Assembly: GCA_010356995.1 (NCBI GenBank)
Contig: ML996695.1
Span: 71,061 to 135,060, forward strand
Direction of reading: 5' to 3'
Length of the DNA: 64,000 nucleotides
Origin: Trichodelitschia bisporula
Lineage: Eukaryota
The notes under the pieces were generated by a model. That model had not been told where the DNA came from and did no database searches. It saw only the letters and a program-made list of their open reading frames with translations. Below, in pieces: positions 12,143 to 25,709 of this stretch; positions within the stretch are counted from its first letter, which is position 1, and each line of letters begins with the position of its first letter. The translations under genes were made by a program, and so were the position numbers.

Positions 12143-13352
12143 GGTTGAGGTAGGGACTGTGGGGAGGGAGATGGGGAGTGAGAGAGTGTGTCAGCGTGAC
12201 ATCAAGAAGCGGCCGTGGAGGTGAGGGAGTTGATGAGAGGTGGCACCCATTGGGCGCTAACCGCATGCGGGAGAATGCGTTCAGCCTCGATGTGGCGTCG
12301 AGGCGGAGATGTGGCTGGTTGCGGAGAAGGATGTCACGGGATCATGACAGCGCTTTGAGTGGTGGGGTTGCTTTGACGTCTCCATTGTAGTGTTGAACAA
12401 GATCTAAGCTCTCCAACGCCGTATGACTGAAGTACAAACGTAGAACAATATACACACGTGACGTAAACTACCTGCGCAGTCAAAAAGACGAGATGCAAGG
12501 CGCTGCGATGCGATGCGATGCCAGCGGGGTTGTTGCAAAGGATCAACAGATATGCGATGCGACGGGACGGGATGGAATGGGATGGGAGCTGGTGAAGAGA
12601 AGAAATGAAGCAGAAGAAGTAAGTACAGCGTACATGCAGCATGCACGGTATATGTGTGCAGCGACCAGCAGGAGCGTCAGTGAGAGAGAGTGAGAAGGAC
12701 TGGTCGGCCGTGGAGAGAGAAGCGACACCAAGACACAAGCGAACGAAATGCACCTGCAGTTGCCTGCACCACCCGCTTTCCCCCCTCCCCTCCCCCTCAC
12801 CTCCTCCCTTCGCTCTCGCCTCTCTTCTCCTCTCCTCCCACTTCTCTTTCTCGCTTCGTTCGCCTCTCATCGCCTCTTCTCTCTTCCACTCTCAATTCCC
12901 CCACCTGCACCAAGCGATCCAAGAACTACCCAATCGCAGGCCACTCGCTCTTCCCTCCCCCTCACTCCAACCAACCACTCACACCCCCCACCCACCACCA
13001 GCACCCCCGCAGCGAAAAACCAGCTAAAACCCCCCCAACCTAGACGCACCACCCAAACCTCCTCCACCTTTCAACCTCTTTCTTCCCACACAACAACAAC
13101 AACCCTTCACCCTCCTCTCCCCTTCACCCTCTTCGCTCCTCTACTTCTGCTCCCTCCTCCTCCTCTTCCTCCTCCTCCTCCCCTCGTCACCCCGCCTCTC
13201 CCCTCAATTCCATCCCCCCGCCGCTTTCGCCCACAAAGCGCGCAATTCCAGACCCCTCCTCCCATCATCCCTCTCCCCACCTTGCACTTTCTCCACCTCC
13301 ACCTACAACCCCCACCACACCCCGCTACCTCAATCAACACCAAACAGTCATC

Positions 13353-14467
13353 ATGTCTGACGAGGCCAACATCGACGACCTTCCGTCCTTCAACCGTCTC
13401 AATGTCGCTGACGACGACGCTCCCCTCCGTACCGATGAGGAGTACGCGCAGGAGCAGCTCACTCTCCGCGCCATCGTCTCCTCCAAGGAAGCCGGCGTGA
13501 TCATCGGCAAGGCCGGTAAGAATGTCGCCGACTTGCGCGACGAGACGGGCGTGCGTGCTGGCGTCAGCAAGGTTGTGCCTGGCGTGCATGACCGCGTTCT
13601 GACCGTCACCGGCGGGCTTGCGGGCATCTCCAAGGCCTACCGCATTGTGGCCAAGGGCCTGCTGGAAGGTGCTCCGCAGATGGGTATGGGTGGACTGGTG
13701 CATCCCACCAACACGCATCGTATGTTATTTCTTACTGATCAATCGGGTCTGGCCTAATGATGCTAGCTGTGCGCCTTCTTATCTCTCACAATCAGATGGG
13801 CACTATCATCGGTCGTCAGGGACTCAAGATCAAGCAGATCCAGGACGTGTCCGGCGTGCGCATGGTAGCGCAGAAGGAGATGCTGCCGCAGTCGACGGAG
13901 CGCATCGTCGAGGTCCAGGGCACGCCCGAGGGCATCGAAAAGGCCATCTGGGAGATTGGCAAGTGCCTGATCGACGACGTGGAACGTGGCTACGGCACCG
14001 TCCTCTACAATCCTGCTGTGCGCGTCCCGTCCGGCAGCGGCGGCTCGCCGCCCACCAACGGCAACGGTAACAGCGCTAGCACCCCGCGCCCCTTCACGCG
14101 CACGGGCCACGGTACCGACTTCAACGAGTCGCCGCCGAGCTACCGCCGCAACAACAACGGCAACAACGATTCGGCTCCGCGCCCGCCGCCGCCGACTCAC
14201 ACGGAGGACGGCGAAGAGATCCAGACTCAGAACATCAGCATCCCCTCGGACATGGTGGGCTGCATCATCGGTCGCGGCGGCAGCAAGATCTCGGAGATCC
14301 GCAAGTCGTCGGGCGCGCGCATCAGCATCGCCAAGGCGCCGCACGATGAGTCTGGCGAGCGTATGTTCACCATCACCGGCACGGCGGGGAGCAACGAGAA
14401 GGCCCTGTACCTGCTGTACGAGAACTTGGAGGCGGAGAAGATGCGGCGGCAGAACTCGACGGAGTAG
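13353..14467 (+). CDS. rnc1: Three-KH-domain RNA-binding protein (Rnc1/Hek2(Khd1)/Pbp2 family)
   Basis: Three KH GxxG motifs: GVIIGKAG, GTIIGRQG and GCIIGRGG. Intron at 13720-13766 restores THPVRLLISH. Confidence 0.92.
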
Positions 14468-16215
14468 CCGAAATGCTATTCCCGGGCTGCCTTCCTCGCG
14501 CACGCGCTTGACGACGAATCATGACTTATGCTTGATATCCGCATTGTCCACACCCACGCATCTCGGGCAGCCCCCTTGGCCGCGTCGCGCCACCACCACC
14601 GGGACAACAACTCGACTACTCTCACGGAAACCACCCACACCCTTTTGGCTGCGTCAAAAAACAACTTTGCCCTAATATCTCGAGCTGCGGATTATTGCCA
14701 TTTCTTTTCCTCTCTCACTGTCTTCGGTGGAGCTTCACTGCTTCTGCCTTCCCTACCCTCCCTCACGTACTCTACTCGACCAATCGACGACGAACCTCAC
14801 AACCTCTTTCCGACCTCCTTAACTCTCGACGACTACAACAACAACCCCTCTTCCCCCCAATCGACCGATCAGCTGGTGCAAGTGGCGTGGTTTAGGGAGT
14901 GTTTGTGTGCGTGGGGAATTGGGGGCGTATGCTGGGCTGGTGCTAGGCTGGACAGGTTGATGGTTATGCGCGCTGTTGTAGGCTAGCTGTAGTTACCCTG
15001 GTTGCCTGGCGGCAATGGGTGAGGGGAATTGATGCTTGCTTTTGAGGCCTTGATGCTGCTGGAGTGATACTGGTGATGTCCGGTGTCGGTGTCGGTGAGG
15101 GGACTGGATGTGGTTGGGATAAATGATACGCCGATGCCGGTGGGCTAAGGGATAAAAGGCAAGGGTTACGTCCAAAAGTCATGGCTGCCTCTGTCCGCGA
15201 TACATGCAGGAATGGTGGCCACAATATCTTTTGGGTGGCCCCAGGAGATAGTGGCGCCGACAAAGGAGCGACGAACCTAAACAGGTAACAGGTAAAAGAA
15301 GCATTCTTCTAGACTCAAGGCGCTAGAATAGATTATAGATATCACTCTCCGGATTGCAGCAAATTGGATAAGTACGTTGCGTACGACAAGAAACCAGGTA
15401 GATAGGGCAAACCCAAGAATGAGGGCAGCACTTTACACCGGTGAGTGCCTTCCGATAGGATGCTACGGTGTACCAACGGAGTCTATGTACGCGTCCAAAT
15501 AAACCCTCTCAGTCTCTCAGGTCATAATCTGGTTACGGCAGTCGCCTCAAGGTACTCTGTCTGATGCTGCGCCTGTTCGTGCAAAGCCATGGCATGGCGA
15601 AGCAACAGCTGCCCGTTTGGGGGAGTCGCTTCGTGGGGGCCAATCGGGGCAAGTCGCTGTTTGCTGGCGTATACAGATGTCGGCTTTAGGATGGTGAGTG
15701 AGATGATGTCAAGAGTATGCGGCGTGGTAGTTGACAGGGTGTCCCATGCGAAACCGGCTCGGAGGAGCGATGCGGATCGGCGCTGGAGCCTGTACGTAGA
15801 AGCTGGTGACGAGGGCCTGGGGTGGGGGGCAGGTGGACGGACCGTTGGGCTGGCGTGCAGTGAATAATGTGAACCGGATGCTCAACACTATTTTGTCATC
15901 TCGCTTTCTCACGATTACATCTCGTCGCGAAGGAGACGGATTGTGTTCGCCGCCGGAATCAGAGAAAAGGACGCCTTCCGCCATCCCACCCGGACCCTTG
16001 GCCTTTCAGGTCCCCTAGGAAGCACTCGTCCGCCCCAGAAAAAGCGGCCAACCCAGCCCCGTGTGCAGTTCGTAGCCACCCGTCAGCCGAAAAAAAAAAC
16101 ATCTCCTCAACTCTCACGCCTACAACCCGCCTTCATCGCTACGTACACCTTTACGCTGTAGATGCGATAGTCTCTGTCTCTCCAGTTCACTGCCCGCGCG
16201 GCACCCGCTCCCGCA

Positions 16216-19200
16216 ATGAACGCCGTGCGCCAGCGCTGCCGCCCAAAGCACCAGGTCCTCGTCCTCAAGTGCTACCCGCGCCACCAGAAAAACAATGTCG
16301 AGGTCAAGCCTAACAGCAGCGAGCTGAGCTACCTGCTTTACTATGCGAGCACGCGCCGGAGTAAACTGCAGAAGGTGGGCGACTTTCTTGACAAGCGGAC
16401 GACGAGCGATGTGTGGAAGGGGCGCATCGGGTATGTTTTCCGGAGCACCGAGTGAGGCGAGCTGACACCGCGATAGTCATGTCCAGGTTACGCTGCATAT
16501 ACTTAAGGCTCTCATCGATAAGACGCCGCGCGACTTGCCGCTTTATGCGCCGGCCGTGCTGCGCATCTTTCGCACCATTCTGAAGTCGGACGATGTTACT
16601 ATGATCCAGGAGACGATTTCGGCGTTTGAGACTTTCTGCGCGCATCAGGACCCCGCTGTGCTCGCTGCGGACCAGGACTACATCCGGCAGTATGAGGAGA
16701 TCGTTCAGCTATACTCATCGTTCGCGTCGAAGGATACGCCCGTGCAAACCAAGGCGGCAAAGAGCGTGCCGGTGTTGATTCGCTACCGCAAAGCGGGCCT
16801 GGCCGCGCTCAAAGCCGTCGCGGGCTCCGAGTCGCTGCAGTCCGAGACGAGTCGCCAGCTCGCCATCATAGTGCCGCCGATTCTGGAGAACATTTACGGT
16901 GATAGCGGCCGGCATCTTTCGCTGCTCGAGCACCGCGAGGAGGAAAAGGTGGAGTTTGAGAAGGAGCTCGCGGTGCGTCGTCGGCAGAGCGTGTCCACCG
17001 TGCGCACGGCTGAAACGGCCGAGGGCGACGCTATTGCCGCGAGCGGGACCATCGAGGCGGCAGACAAGCTGGCGGAGCAGGAGACGGGCGTAATTGCGCT
17101 GCAGGCGCTGCGGACGATTTTTTCACAGGTTCCCCGTGGACAGCTTCGGCTCGCGGTGAACGAGGTCCTGCGCTTCATGGCCGCGCGAGTCAAGCCCGCT
17201 GAGCACTTTCCCTCGGCTGGCGGCAGCCACCTGCAGACGGGCAGCTGGCCGTGCACGCTGTTCCGGATGCTGTGCGGGTGGGCGCCTGTGCAGGACCGGT
17301 ACATTATAATGATCACGACGATGGAGGCGCTGGTGCAGGCGCCGGTGGTGGAGCACGATCTGGAGAAGCAGTTCGTGCTCGCGGTGATCATCGGGTGGCT
17401 GCTGAGTTCGGATATCAACTTCATCGGGCTCAGCGTCATGGATGTTCTGGTCGGATTGATGCAGCGTATCCTCCTACTCCTCCAGCTCGGCGGCCACTGG
17501 ACCATCTCCGAAGACGAAAAGACCCCCGACGTCGTTACAGAGACCGTGCAATCTGTATCGCCGGCACGCATCCAGCTGCTCAACCAGCTCAAGCGCTGCA
17601 TCGGCAGCCTCGCCGTGCACATCTACTACTCCGACCAGATCAGCGACATGATCGGCGCGCTGCTCATCCGCCTCAAACCTTCCCCAACACCCAACCCCGC
17701 CGCCGCCGCCTCCGCAATCGAAAACCCAGCTGCGACAGCCTCGACCCTCGCTTCCTCCGCCAGTCAAGTCGATCCCCCCCGCAGCGACGGCTTCTTCAGC
17801 TTCGACACCGCGCGTATTGCGGCCCTGGACTCCGTCCGCGCCATCCTCGCCGCCCGCCCGGACACGCCCTCCCGCTCCCCCGTCGCGATCAACACGTGGG
17901 ACGGCACGCAGTGGCTCCTCCGCGACAACACGTGGGACGTGCGCGTCGCGTACGTCGACGCCCTCCTGACATGGACAATGACCGAGCTGCGCCCCTCCGC
18001 TCTCTCCGTCCCCGACGACCACCACCCCCGCACCGAGAAAAGCACCCTCGCCCGCCGCGCCGTCTCCAACGCCTCCCAGCGCGAACGTTCCCCGCGTCGC
18101 GGCGGGCCCTTCCTCCCCCTCCTGCACCTCGCCATCTTCGAACAGGCGCTCACCCACGCCTCCTCCGCCCCGGACATCCTCCTCCTGCACCTGCTCCTCG
18201 TGCGCCTGGTCCAGAAACTCGGTGCTAATGCTGCGTCCCACGGGTTGCCGATGATTTATCGTTTAGCGGCAGAGATTACGCCTGCGTTGCCGGTGCCGGT
18301 GCAGATGAACCTCGCGGCGCTTGTGCTTGGGTACCTCTGGGCGCTGAGCGTTTATTTTGCGTTTGACGCTGCGCCGCTCGGGCGCGCCATTGCGCGCACC
18401 GTGGCTGCGCGGATTAACGCCGGGGCGTGGTTGCCGGGGCTCAAGTTGCCTCCGCTGGACATAAGTGGTGTGCGTGCGCGCGCCGCTGACGCCCCGCCCG
18501 CATACCCCGCTGATATGGTACTCGCACCCCTCGAACTTCCCGCGCGGCAAGCGCTGGTTGATAAGATTGCGGCTGGTTACGCCGCCGCGCTCTCCTCCCC
18601 GCCCTCCTCACCCCCCTCCTCGCCCAGCCGCACGTTCTCGAATTCGTACTTGCCCACGACGACGCGCCCGCTTCCGCAGCGTGTGCGCGATGCGTTGCTC
18701 GGCGAGTGGTCCCGTGAGGCGGTTGTTGCGGCTACGTCGAGTGGGGGGAGGGATGGGAGTAGGAGTGGGAGTTTGAGTGGGAGTCCGACTGCTACTGTGG
18801 GGACGGGGAGACATTTGGCTGCGCCGCCTACCGCTTTAGCGGAAAACGGACTGCGCTCCCGTCCCGCTAGCGGTATTGGTATCGCCGTCTCAGGGGGTAT
18901 GAGCAGCACGGGCCGGTCCGAGGGGGCGGTGAGGGTGGGCGACCTCGTGCGTGTGCTGGGGGGGGCGGCGCTGAGTCCTGAGGAGGTGGAGGGGGGGAGT
19001 GAGGAGAGTTTGGTTACGTTTGACTCTGCATCCGCGTCGGAGGAGGACGGGCCGGACACCGAGCCTACACCTACGGCGGAGAACCCGCGTCCACTCACGG
19101 CGCGGTCACTGCAGGCGTTGCAGGACCAGGCGGATATTCCCCCCGTGCCGCCGCTGCCGCTTGGTTTGGCGGTGGGGGGGAGGGCGAGGACGCCGCCTGG

Positions 19201-19426
19201 TATTGCGCGGAGTAGTGGGGGGGAGTGGCGGTCTCAGTCCGTGAAGGCGCGGAGTGCGGGAAGTAAAAGGAGGCCGGGGACGAGTACGGGGCATGCGGAT
19301 GGGATGGTAGGAGGCGGGGCAGGAGGAAGGGGGACGTGGGTTTATAATGCGAGGGAGTTGTTGGAGGGGATTGATGATGGGCCGGTTTGGGGGGGGGTGA
19401 AGGGGGGGGGAAGGCCGCCTTATTGA
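16216..19426 (+). CDS. EFR3: Protein EFR3 (plasma-membrane anchor of the Stt4 PI4-kinase complex)
   Basis: N-terminus CRPKHQVLVLKCYP...PNSSELSYLLYYASTRRSKLQKVG and internal LAVHIYYSDQISDMI. Intron at 16431-16476. Confidence 0.93.
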
Positions 19427-20225
19427 TTGAGGGGGGGAGTGGGTTGGTGTGGGTTGGGGAATATTATGTGGGTTAGGCTTGGGGTTGCTTATAGGGTTGA
19501 AGATGGCGTTTTTAAGCCTGGTGTTAGTGTAGCAAAGGATGGAGCAATACTAGTGTTTGTTTGTGGTGGCTACAGGCATATGTGATGGTTCCTTCGCCCT
19601 GACGTGCTCTATGTCCACTGTCATCGTTCCTGTGCCTGATGTCACTGGGCGCGCGAGGTCAATCCGATATCTGACAATGCCGTCCTGGATACAGTATCGG
19701 CACGCACAGCGAGTACACTACTGTGCGTCTCTTACGCGTCCTCGGGGTGCCCGACGACGCTGCGGCCGCTGACACGGGGGCTACAACGCGGTCGGAGCGG
19801 CGCAGTCAGCGGGATTAATTGTCAGTGCCGAGCGCGTACCTCCTACTGGTATTTACGATGCCCGAATGACGATGCCAAAGGCCTTAGATTCGCGGGTACG
19901 TAGTCGCTGTCGCAATCCCGAGTCGCGATCGACTAGATCTAGCGCGCACCCTGGCGCCGCTCGGGAGCGGTGGGCCGTGCGCGGTGCGGGGGACAGGGGT
20001 GGACTGCGAGGGGCTGAGCCGGGAAGCGCGGGAACGTCAGTAGACGACACGCATGCTCACCGCGACATCGTCATCTATAGCCTCGATTCCAAATCGGCTG
20101 TTACATATCCCCTTTATCTGCGCCTCTGGGCTACAGAACGCATTGCCAGCACCATTAGCACCACGACACGCCAGTTCGCCGACGAGACCTTGGACCAGCA
20201 GTAAAGACGAGACGGTATCGTGAAG

Positions 20226-21149
20226 ATGGTGTCCACCCGCTCCCACCCCTCCACTTTCCCAGACGGTGACATGTCGCCGTCTAAGTCGCCTTCGAAGCGC
20301 ACGTCCCGCGCCGGGACGCAGGATTCGCCTACGAATGGCGCGCTGGCGCTGGCGGGGACGGGGCGCGCGCGCGCGGGGAGTAATGCGTTTGGCGCGTACA
20401 CGTGGAGTCACGTACCTAACGCGGTGATTGTGGCGTGGTTGGCGATTAGCTTGCCGTTGGTGGTTTGGGTGCATTGCGCTTCCCCTTCCTCCTCAGAGCT
20501 TTGCTAACGGTGCAGGATTTCATGTATATCTTCCTTCGCCCGTACAGCATGCCCGGCGGGGCATGGCACGCGCCGATCTGGAGCCCGTACGCATACTACG
20601 TGGACGTGGACTACGTATACGGGTTCCCGGCGCTCGAGGCCGGGAGTGGGTTTCCGGCGGCGCAGAGCGCGCTGAATGCGGTTGAGACGGCGCTTTATGC
20701 GGTTTATCTGGCGTATGTGTATCGTGGGCATAAGGTTGCGGATGCCGGGGTTGTGGGCAGGAAGCTGGTGGGAAGGGATGCGGCGCTTGCTGTCACGGTG
20801 GGGTTTGCGGCGGCGGTAGGGACGGTGTCGAAGACGGTGCTTTACTGTGAGTTTCTCTTTTCCGGGGATGCGGGTTTCCCTTTTTCTTTGGGAAGGGGCT
20901 AATGAGAGTAGGGCTGATTGAGTATTTTGGGGCGTATTCGAATATTGGGCATAATGAGCCTTGGACGCTGTTTTGGCTTTGGATAGTGCCGAAGTGAGTA
21001 TTCTTTTCGGTGTGTGGGGTTGGGTGGCGGCTAATGTGGGCAGTGGTCTCTGGCTGCTGTTCCCGGCGTATATGATCTATATCCTTGGGGGTGAGATTGT
21101 GGATGGGCTTGAGACGGCGGCGGGGAGGCCTAGGAAGAAGGTTCTGTGA
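20226..21149 (+). CDS. EXPERA/emopamil-binding-like multi-pass membrane protein
   Basis: Four exons (introns 20469-20515, 20847-20911, ~20993-21043). Spliced protein contains PLVVWDFMYIFLRPYSM, IWSPYAYYVDVDYVYG, GFPAAQSALNAVE, SKTVLYWLIEYF and WIVPNGLWLLFP. Confidence 0.75.
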
Positions 21150-21834
21150 GCACTGGCGTGGGAGGCTGGGAGCATAGGGGTTGAGTGATGTAGGGCGGAC
21201 TGGAGTAGGAAGGACGTTGGACGATTTTGGAAGTATAATTTGTGGGCACGGGATATGGGAGCGGATGGGCAACATGGGCGGAAGATTCATGAGGTTGGAT
21301 ATGCGGTTCTGGTGTCTGGGTTGGCTTTCTTTTCGCGGATACTCGTATCCCTTCGTTGCAATACAGTGGAGTTTTCGGGTTAGGGCCTGTGCCTGTGGAC
21401 GAGCCGTGCCTGACGTCTTTATATCGACATGAATCTCTTGGTGTAGATATGAGGCGGGAGCATTGTTATGTCAGGAAGGAATAGGTGGAGTATGATGTAA
21501 TGTGCGGTGCGCATGATGGGAGGAAGGAGCATCCGACGACATCGGTTATATATACCCTCGTACCTGAGCGTCTCTCGTCTTTCTTCTCTTCTCCTCTTTG
21601 TCTTTGTCAAACTCTTCCCTTCACACCGTAGCCTTCTGCACTTTCAAGCCTATGCTCCATTGGCTCTGTAAGGTTGGTCTCAAGACCCAGACACCACTCG
21701 TCGCTGTTCCTCCGGCGGCGAGACTCGGCACTGCAAACGAAAGGTATCATCATCCACTCAGGACACCACAGCGCAGCTTACTAGATTGCAGGTACATCTA
21801 CTACGGGTATTGTAAGCCCGCCCGCCAGCCCGCG

Positions 21835-23217
21835 CTATGCATAGTACACCTCCCCCCCAGTCTCATACTTGTAGCACAGGAAGCCCTCGCCATTGCGATT
21901 CAGCGGGTCCATGACAGCCCGCACAGGCCGATCTGGCGCCGCAAAGCCCATCCATATCGGCGTTGTCAGGCTGATCTTGCCCGTGTTCCAGAAGCTGGCC
22001 GGGTTGCTGGCGTCGTAGCGCCGCTTTTCCGGCGCTGCGTCCTGCCAGATGGACCAGATGCGGTCGAGGTTCCCGTGGTGCAGCCAGAAGATCGGGTCGT
22101 TGGGCGAGGTAAACACGTCCATCATCTGTGGGGGAGGAGGGTGTTAGCTGACTGCGCAGAGAGGAACGGGGTAGGGAAGAAGGCACATACCTCGCCGCCG
22201 ATGCCCCCGTGCCCAATGGTGTGCAAATCTCCTCCATCGGACACAATCCCGAAGCTCCCATTCGTAGCCCCGAACCTGACCCGGGGTTGCTCGATCGCGA
22301 CACGGAACTCGCCAAAGTCCTTGCTGGCCAGCACCTTGCGGATGTTCTCCTTACTCGCCGCGGAATCCATGATGAACTGGTTGAACCCGCGCGTCAGACA
22401 CCGCCCCTTCTCACCGGATATCATCCGCCCCATTGGCCCGACGTGCAGGGTGATGTTCTTGAAGGGCCCGTCCTGGACACAGCCCCCCATCATCGCCGGA
22501 TCAAACATCGGCATCTCGAACCCCGGGATATTCGCCGTGAGCCAATCGAGCATCGGATTCTTGGGCGGCGGAGGCGCCGCGGGCACGCTCACGTTCCGCG
22601 CAACCCGCACCCCATCCCCGCCAAACCCGATCACGGGATCGAAAACCGGACTCGCCTTCAGCGTCGCATTGTGGTCCTTGGTATCAATATTCCAATCCCA
22701 ATAAGGCTGTCCCTCCGTCCACCCACACTCCTCCCGCAACGCCGTCTCCCACGTCCATACCGCGTAGCGATGCCATGGCAAGAAAGTGCCCGTCCCATGA
22801 ATCCCATTACTCCCCATTTTCATGGCGCTTGCGAAGGACGTCATCAGCGACTCCACGCCACGGAAGTTGGTGAGGTTCATGCCGCCCCCCGTCGCGTTGA
22901 TGTGCAGGGCCACAAAGTCTTCGTACCGGTTTGTAAGGGGCGGGAAGTGTACGCGTGCTTTGGAGGGCGCGGACAGCATGCATTGCATGGCGGAGAGATA
23001 TTTCTGGCGTTGGGGGATGGAGAGCGAGCGCCTGCGCCTGTCAGCTTGTTCCCGACCCGGACCCGGGGACATACCACTCCCGCCTCAACCGCGGAGTCGT
23101 ACACGCCGCGCCTTTCACGGCCGGCACTGCAGCCGGCACCGCAGCTGATCCCGGGGCTTGCGCGCCCACGACCGCGAGCACAGCGCCCAGCAGCAGCGAA
23201 AGAGAGACGCGGACCAT
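21835..23217 (-). CDS. Secreted short tyrosinase-like di-copper (type-3 copper) protein
   Basis: Signal peptide MVRVSLSLLLGAVLAVVGA followed by C..PRLRREWRSLS. CuA: DFVALH...IHGTGTFLPWHR. CuB: LHTIGHGGIGG...SPNDPIFWLHHGNLDRIW. Two introns; no C-terminal shielding domain. Confidence 0.9.
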
Positions 23218-23787
23218 GATTAACGAGAGTCGTGTCCAACCAAACCCTACCCGGGCAGCCGGCGGTACTTAAGCCGATCGTCCGCAAATCAGTCCATTAG
23301 CCCTACCCCGGATTCACTCTCCGCCCGCAACTTCGCTCTCCACACCCCACCGGACCACGCAGCTCATCTGGCTTTTTCGCCGGCGCACCGGGCTTACATC
23401 GATCTCCGCCTGCGTGAGCTGGCTGGTCCCTGGCGGGGGATCTTGTGCCCACAAAGCGGGATTCCCGGCGTGGTTCGGATTTCCCGCGCACATGATTCCG
23501 GGGATAGGGCGTGGATGCGGGGCGGGGAGACAGAGCAATATAGACAGCGGGGACGAAGCGAGGGATGTAGTTTGTTGGGCAGTGGGGTTGGGTTCTCTGG
23601 ATGGATATTTTGCGGGGTTGGGTCCGGGGGCGGAGGCGTGGCGAGGCTTGGTTAAAGTATGGGGGACACCTGAAACACGTATATTGATATTGGCCGTAGG
23701 GCGGCACTTCCGCGGCCCGTGGGCACAGTTTTCGTTTCTGAGTACCGTATTGAGTCTGGTTCTGCTTGTGTACCTGATCTGCACTGC

Positions 23788-25095
23788 CTACGCCCGGCCC
23801 TGGAAGATGACCTTCTGCGCCTTCATCTTGTCGAAGATGTCGTACCCCTCGACGGCATCGGACAGCGGCATGATCTTCTCGGACATGAATCTACGGGTCT
23901 CGGTGTTAGCGACTGCTTCCTGAAGGAGAATGGGGAGCGACGCACCCGAGCAAATGCTGCGTCTTCTCGAGCTTCTTCAGCGCCTCTGGGAAGATGGACC
24001 GCACGGGACACCGCCCCATCTGGATGCGCAGGTTCTTGCCGTACGCCTGGTTGCCCGTCCAGGGGATCTGGTGTCGTCAGCATTCCCCACCACAAACAAC
24101 GCAATATCATCAAGGCGCAACTTACTTCCCCATTATGCACGCCCACACTGCTAAGCACGCCCCAAGGCCTCAGCAGCTCAAACCCCATCTTAAGCGCCGG
24201 ACTCAGGCCCACAACCTCAATCACCAAATCCGCGCCGCGCCCCTCCGTCAACTCAAGAACCCTCTTCCCAAGCTCCTCCCTCTGCGTCTGAAAATTCCAC
24301 GGCTCAGCCCCAAGATTCTTCGCCAGGTCCAGCCTACTCTCCACCCCATCCACAGCCAGCAGGTTCTTCGGCTTATACTCGAGCACATTGACCAGCGCAC
24401 ACAACCCCACGGGTCCACACCCGATCAGCACGACGGTGGCTTCGGAAATCTGCTCGGGGGTGAAGTGCTTGAACCCGTTACTCGCTGCGAAGTACCCGGT
24501 GGGGAAGATATCGGCCATGAGCACGAGCTTGTCCTCCTCGATACCAGGGGGGGCTTTCATAACCGTGGTATCGGCGAGCGGGACGCGGACGTATTCGGCC
24601 TGCGCGCCGTCTAGGCCTGCGGAGCCGAGGAGCGCGCCCTTGGAGCAGCGCGAGGAGAAGGAGTTCTTGCAGTAGAAGCATTCGCCGCTGCGAGCGTTAG
24701 CGAGCCGTTAGCCAGCGAGCTTCTCTATCTGGAGATGGGAAGGGAAGGGAAGGGAAGGCGGGGAAGCGTACCATGACAGCGTAAACGGACAAACAATCCG
24801 ATCGCCCACCTTCACCGTCTTCACATCATCGCCGACCTTGTCCACCACGCCCGTGAACTCGTGGCCCATGATGAAGCCCGTGGGGGAGGGCTGGTGGCCT
24901 CTGAAGACATGGAGCTCGCTGCAGGGCGGGTCAGCTTTGTCCACCGAGGGCGCAACACAACGCTTACCTCCCGCATAGAGCGGTATACTCCACCTTAACA
25001 ACAATATCCTTCGCATCCTGAATCGTCGGCACAGGGCGCTGCTCGACGGCCACTTCGTGCGGGCCCTTGAACACAACGGCGCGCATGGTAGCCAT
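23788..25095 (-). CDS. Zn-dependent medium-chain dehydrogenase (alcohol/formaldehyde dehydrogenase-like)
   Basis: Motifs TALCGSELH, MGHEFTG, structural-Zn cysteines (CGECFYC...C), DIFPTGY and Rossmann IGCGPVG. Four introns; ends KVIFQGRA*. Confidence 0.9.
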
Positions 25096-25709
25096 TATTC
25101 CTCACAAAAACCTTCTCGAAGAGACAATGAACTCAGTGTGAAAAAGTGACAATAGACAATGGAGAAATTAGACACAAGAACCAAAGCTCTTTGCGCAAGA
25201 ATCACTGCCATAATTACTGTTGTCCGGGTATAAGCCCCTCCTCCCGCAACCCCGCTCATCCCCGAGGCTCAACGCCCCCCGACCTCGCTGAAGCGGGGTC
25301 GCTAGACCACGCCGCCTAGCACATTGTCAACTGCCAACACGCGGTGCCGACCAGGAGGGGGTCCATCGCAACGATTATCGCCAGTGCAGCCCCGCAAAGG
25401 AAAATGTGCACCGCTCAATTGGTAGACATGATGTATCAGCCGTTCGCCAACCATGTGGCTTCAAAAACCCCGCTCTCAAGTTCGTGATGAGGCACAGCCT
25501 CCCCCGCGCTCCCAAACGCCAGTTCCCGTCTAAAGATACCCTTCCATCAATCCTCACATGTGGGGACCCCACATTCGCCGACACAAATTCCCAGGCTTCC
25601 ACGCTACTGATCATCCGTATTCCCCGCTTCGCTCTCACTCTTCCGTTGCCCCGCGCGCGTATCCCCGTCCGATGTCTTCACATCACTTCATCACCAAACA
25701 ACCCCCCGC

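Noticed and set aside
12641..13500. Pro/Ser/Leu-rich ORFs upstream of the KH gene
   Set aside because: They arise from stop-poor C-rich leader sequence and have no protein-like features.
21598..23219. Long plus-strand ORFs (368 aa and 336 aa)
   Set aside because: They are antisense shadows of the tyrosinase gene, typical of GC-rich coding DNA.
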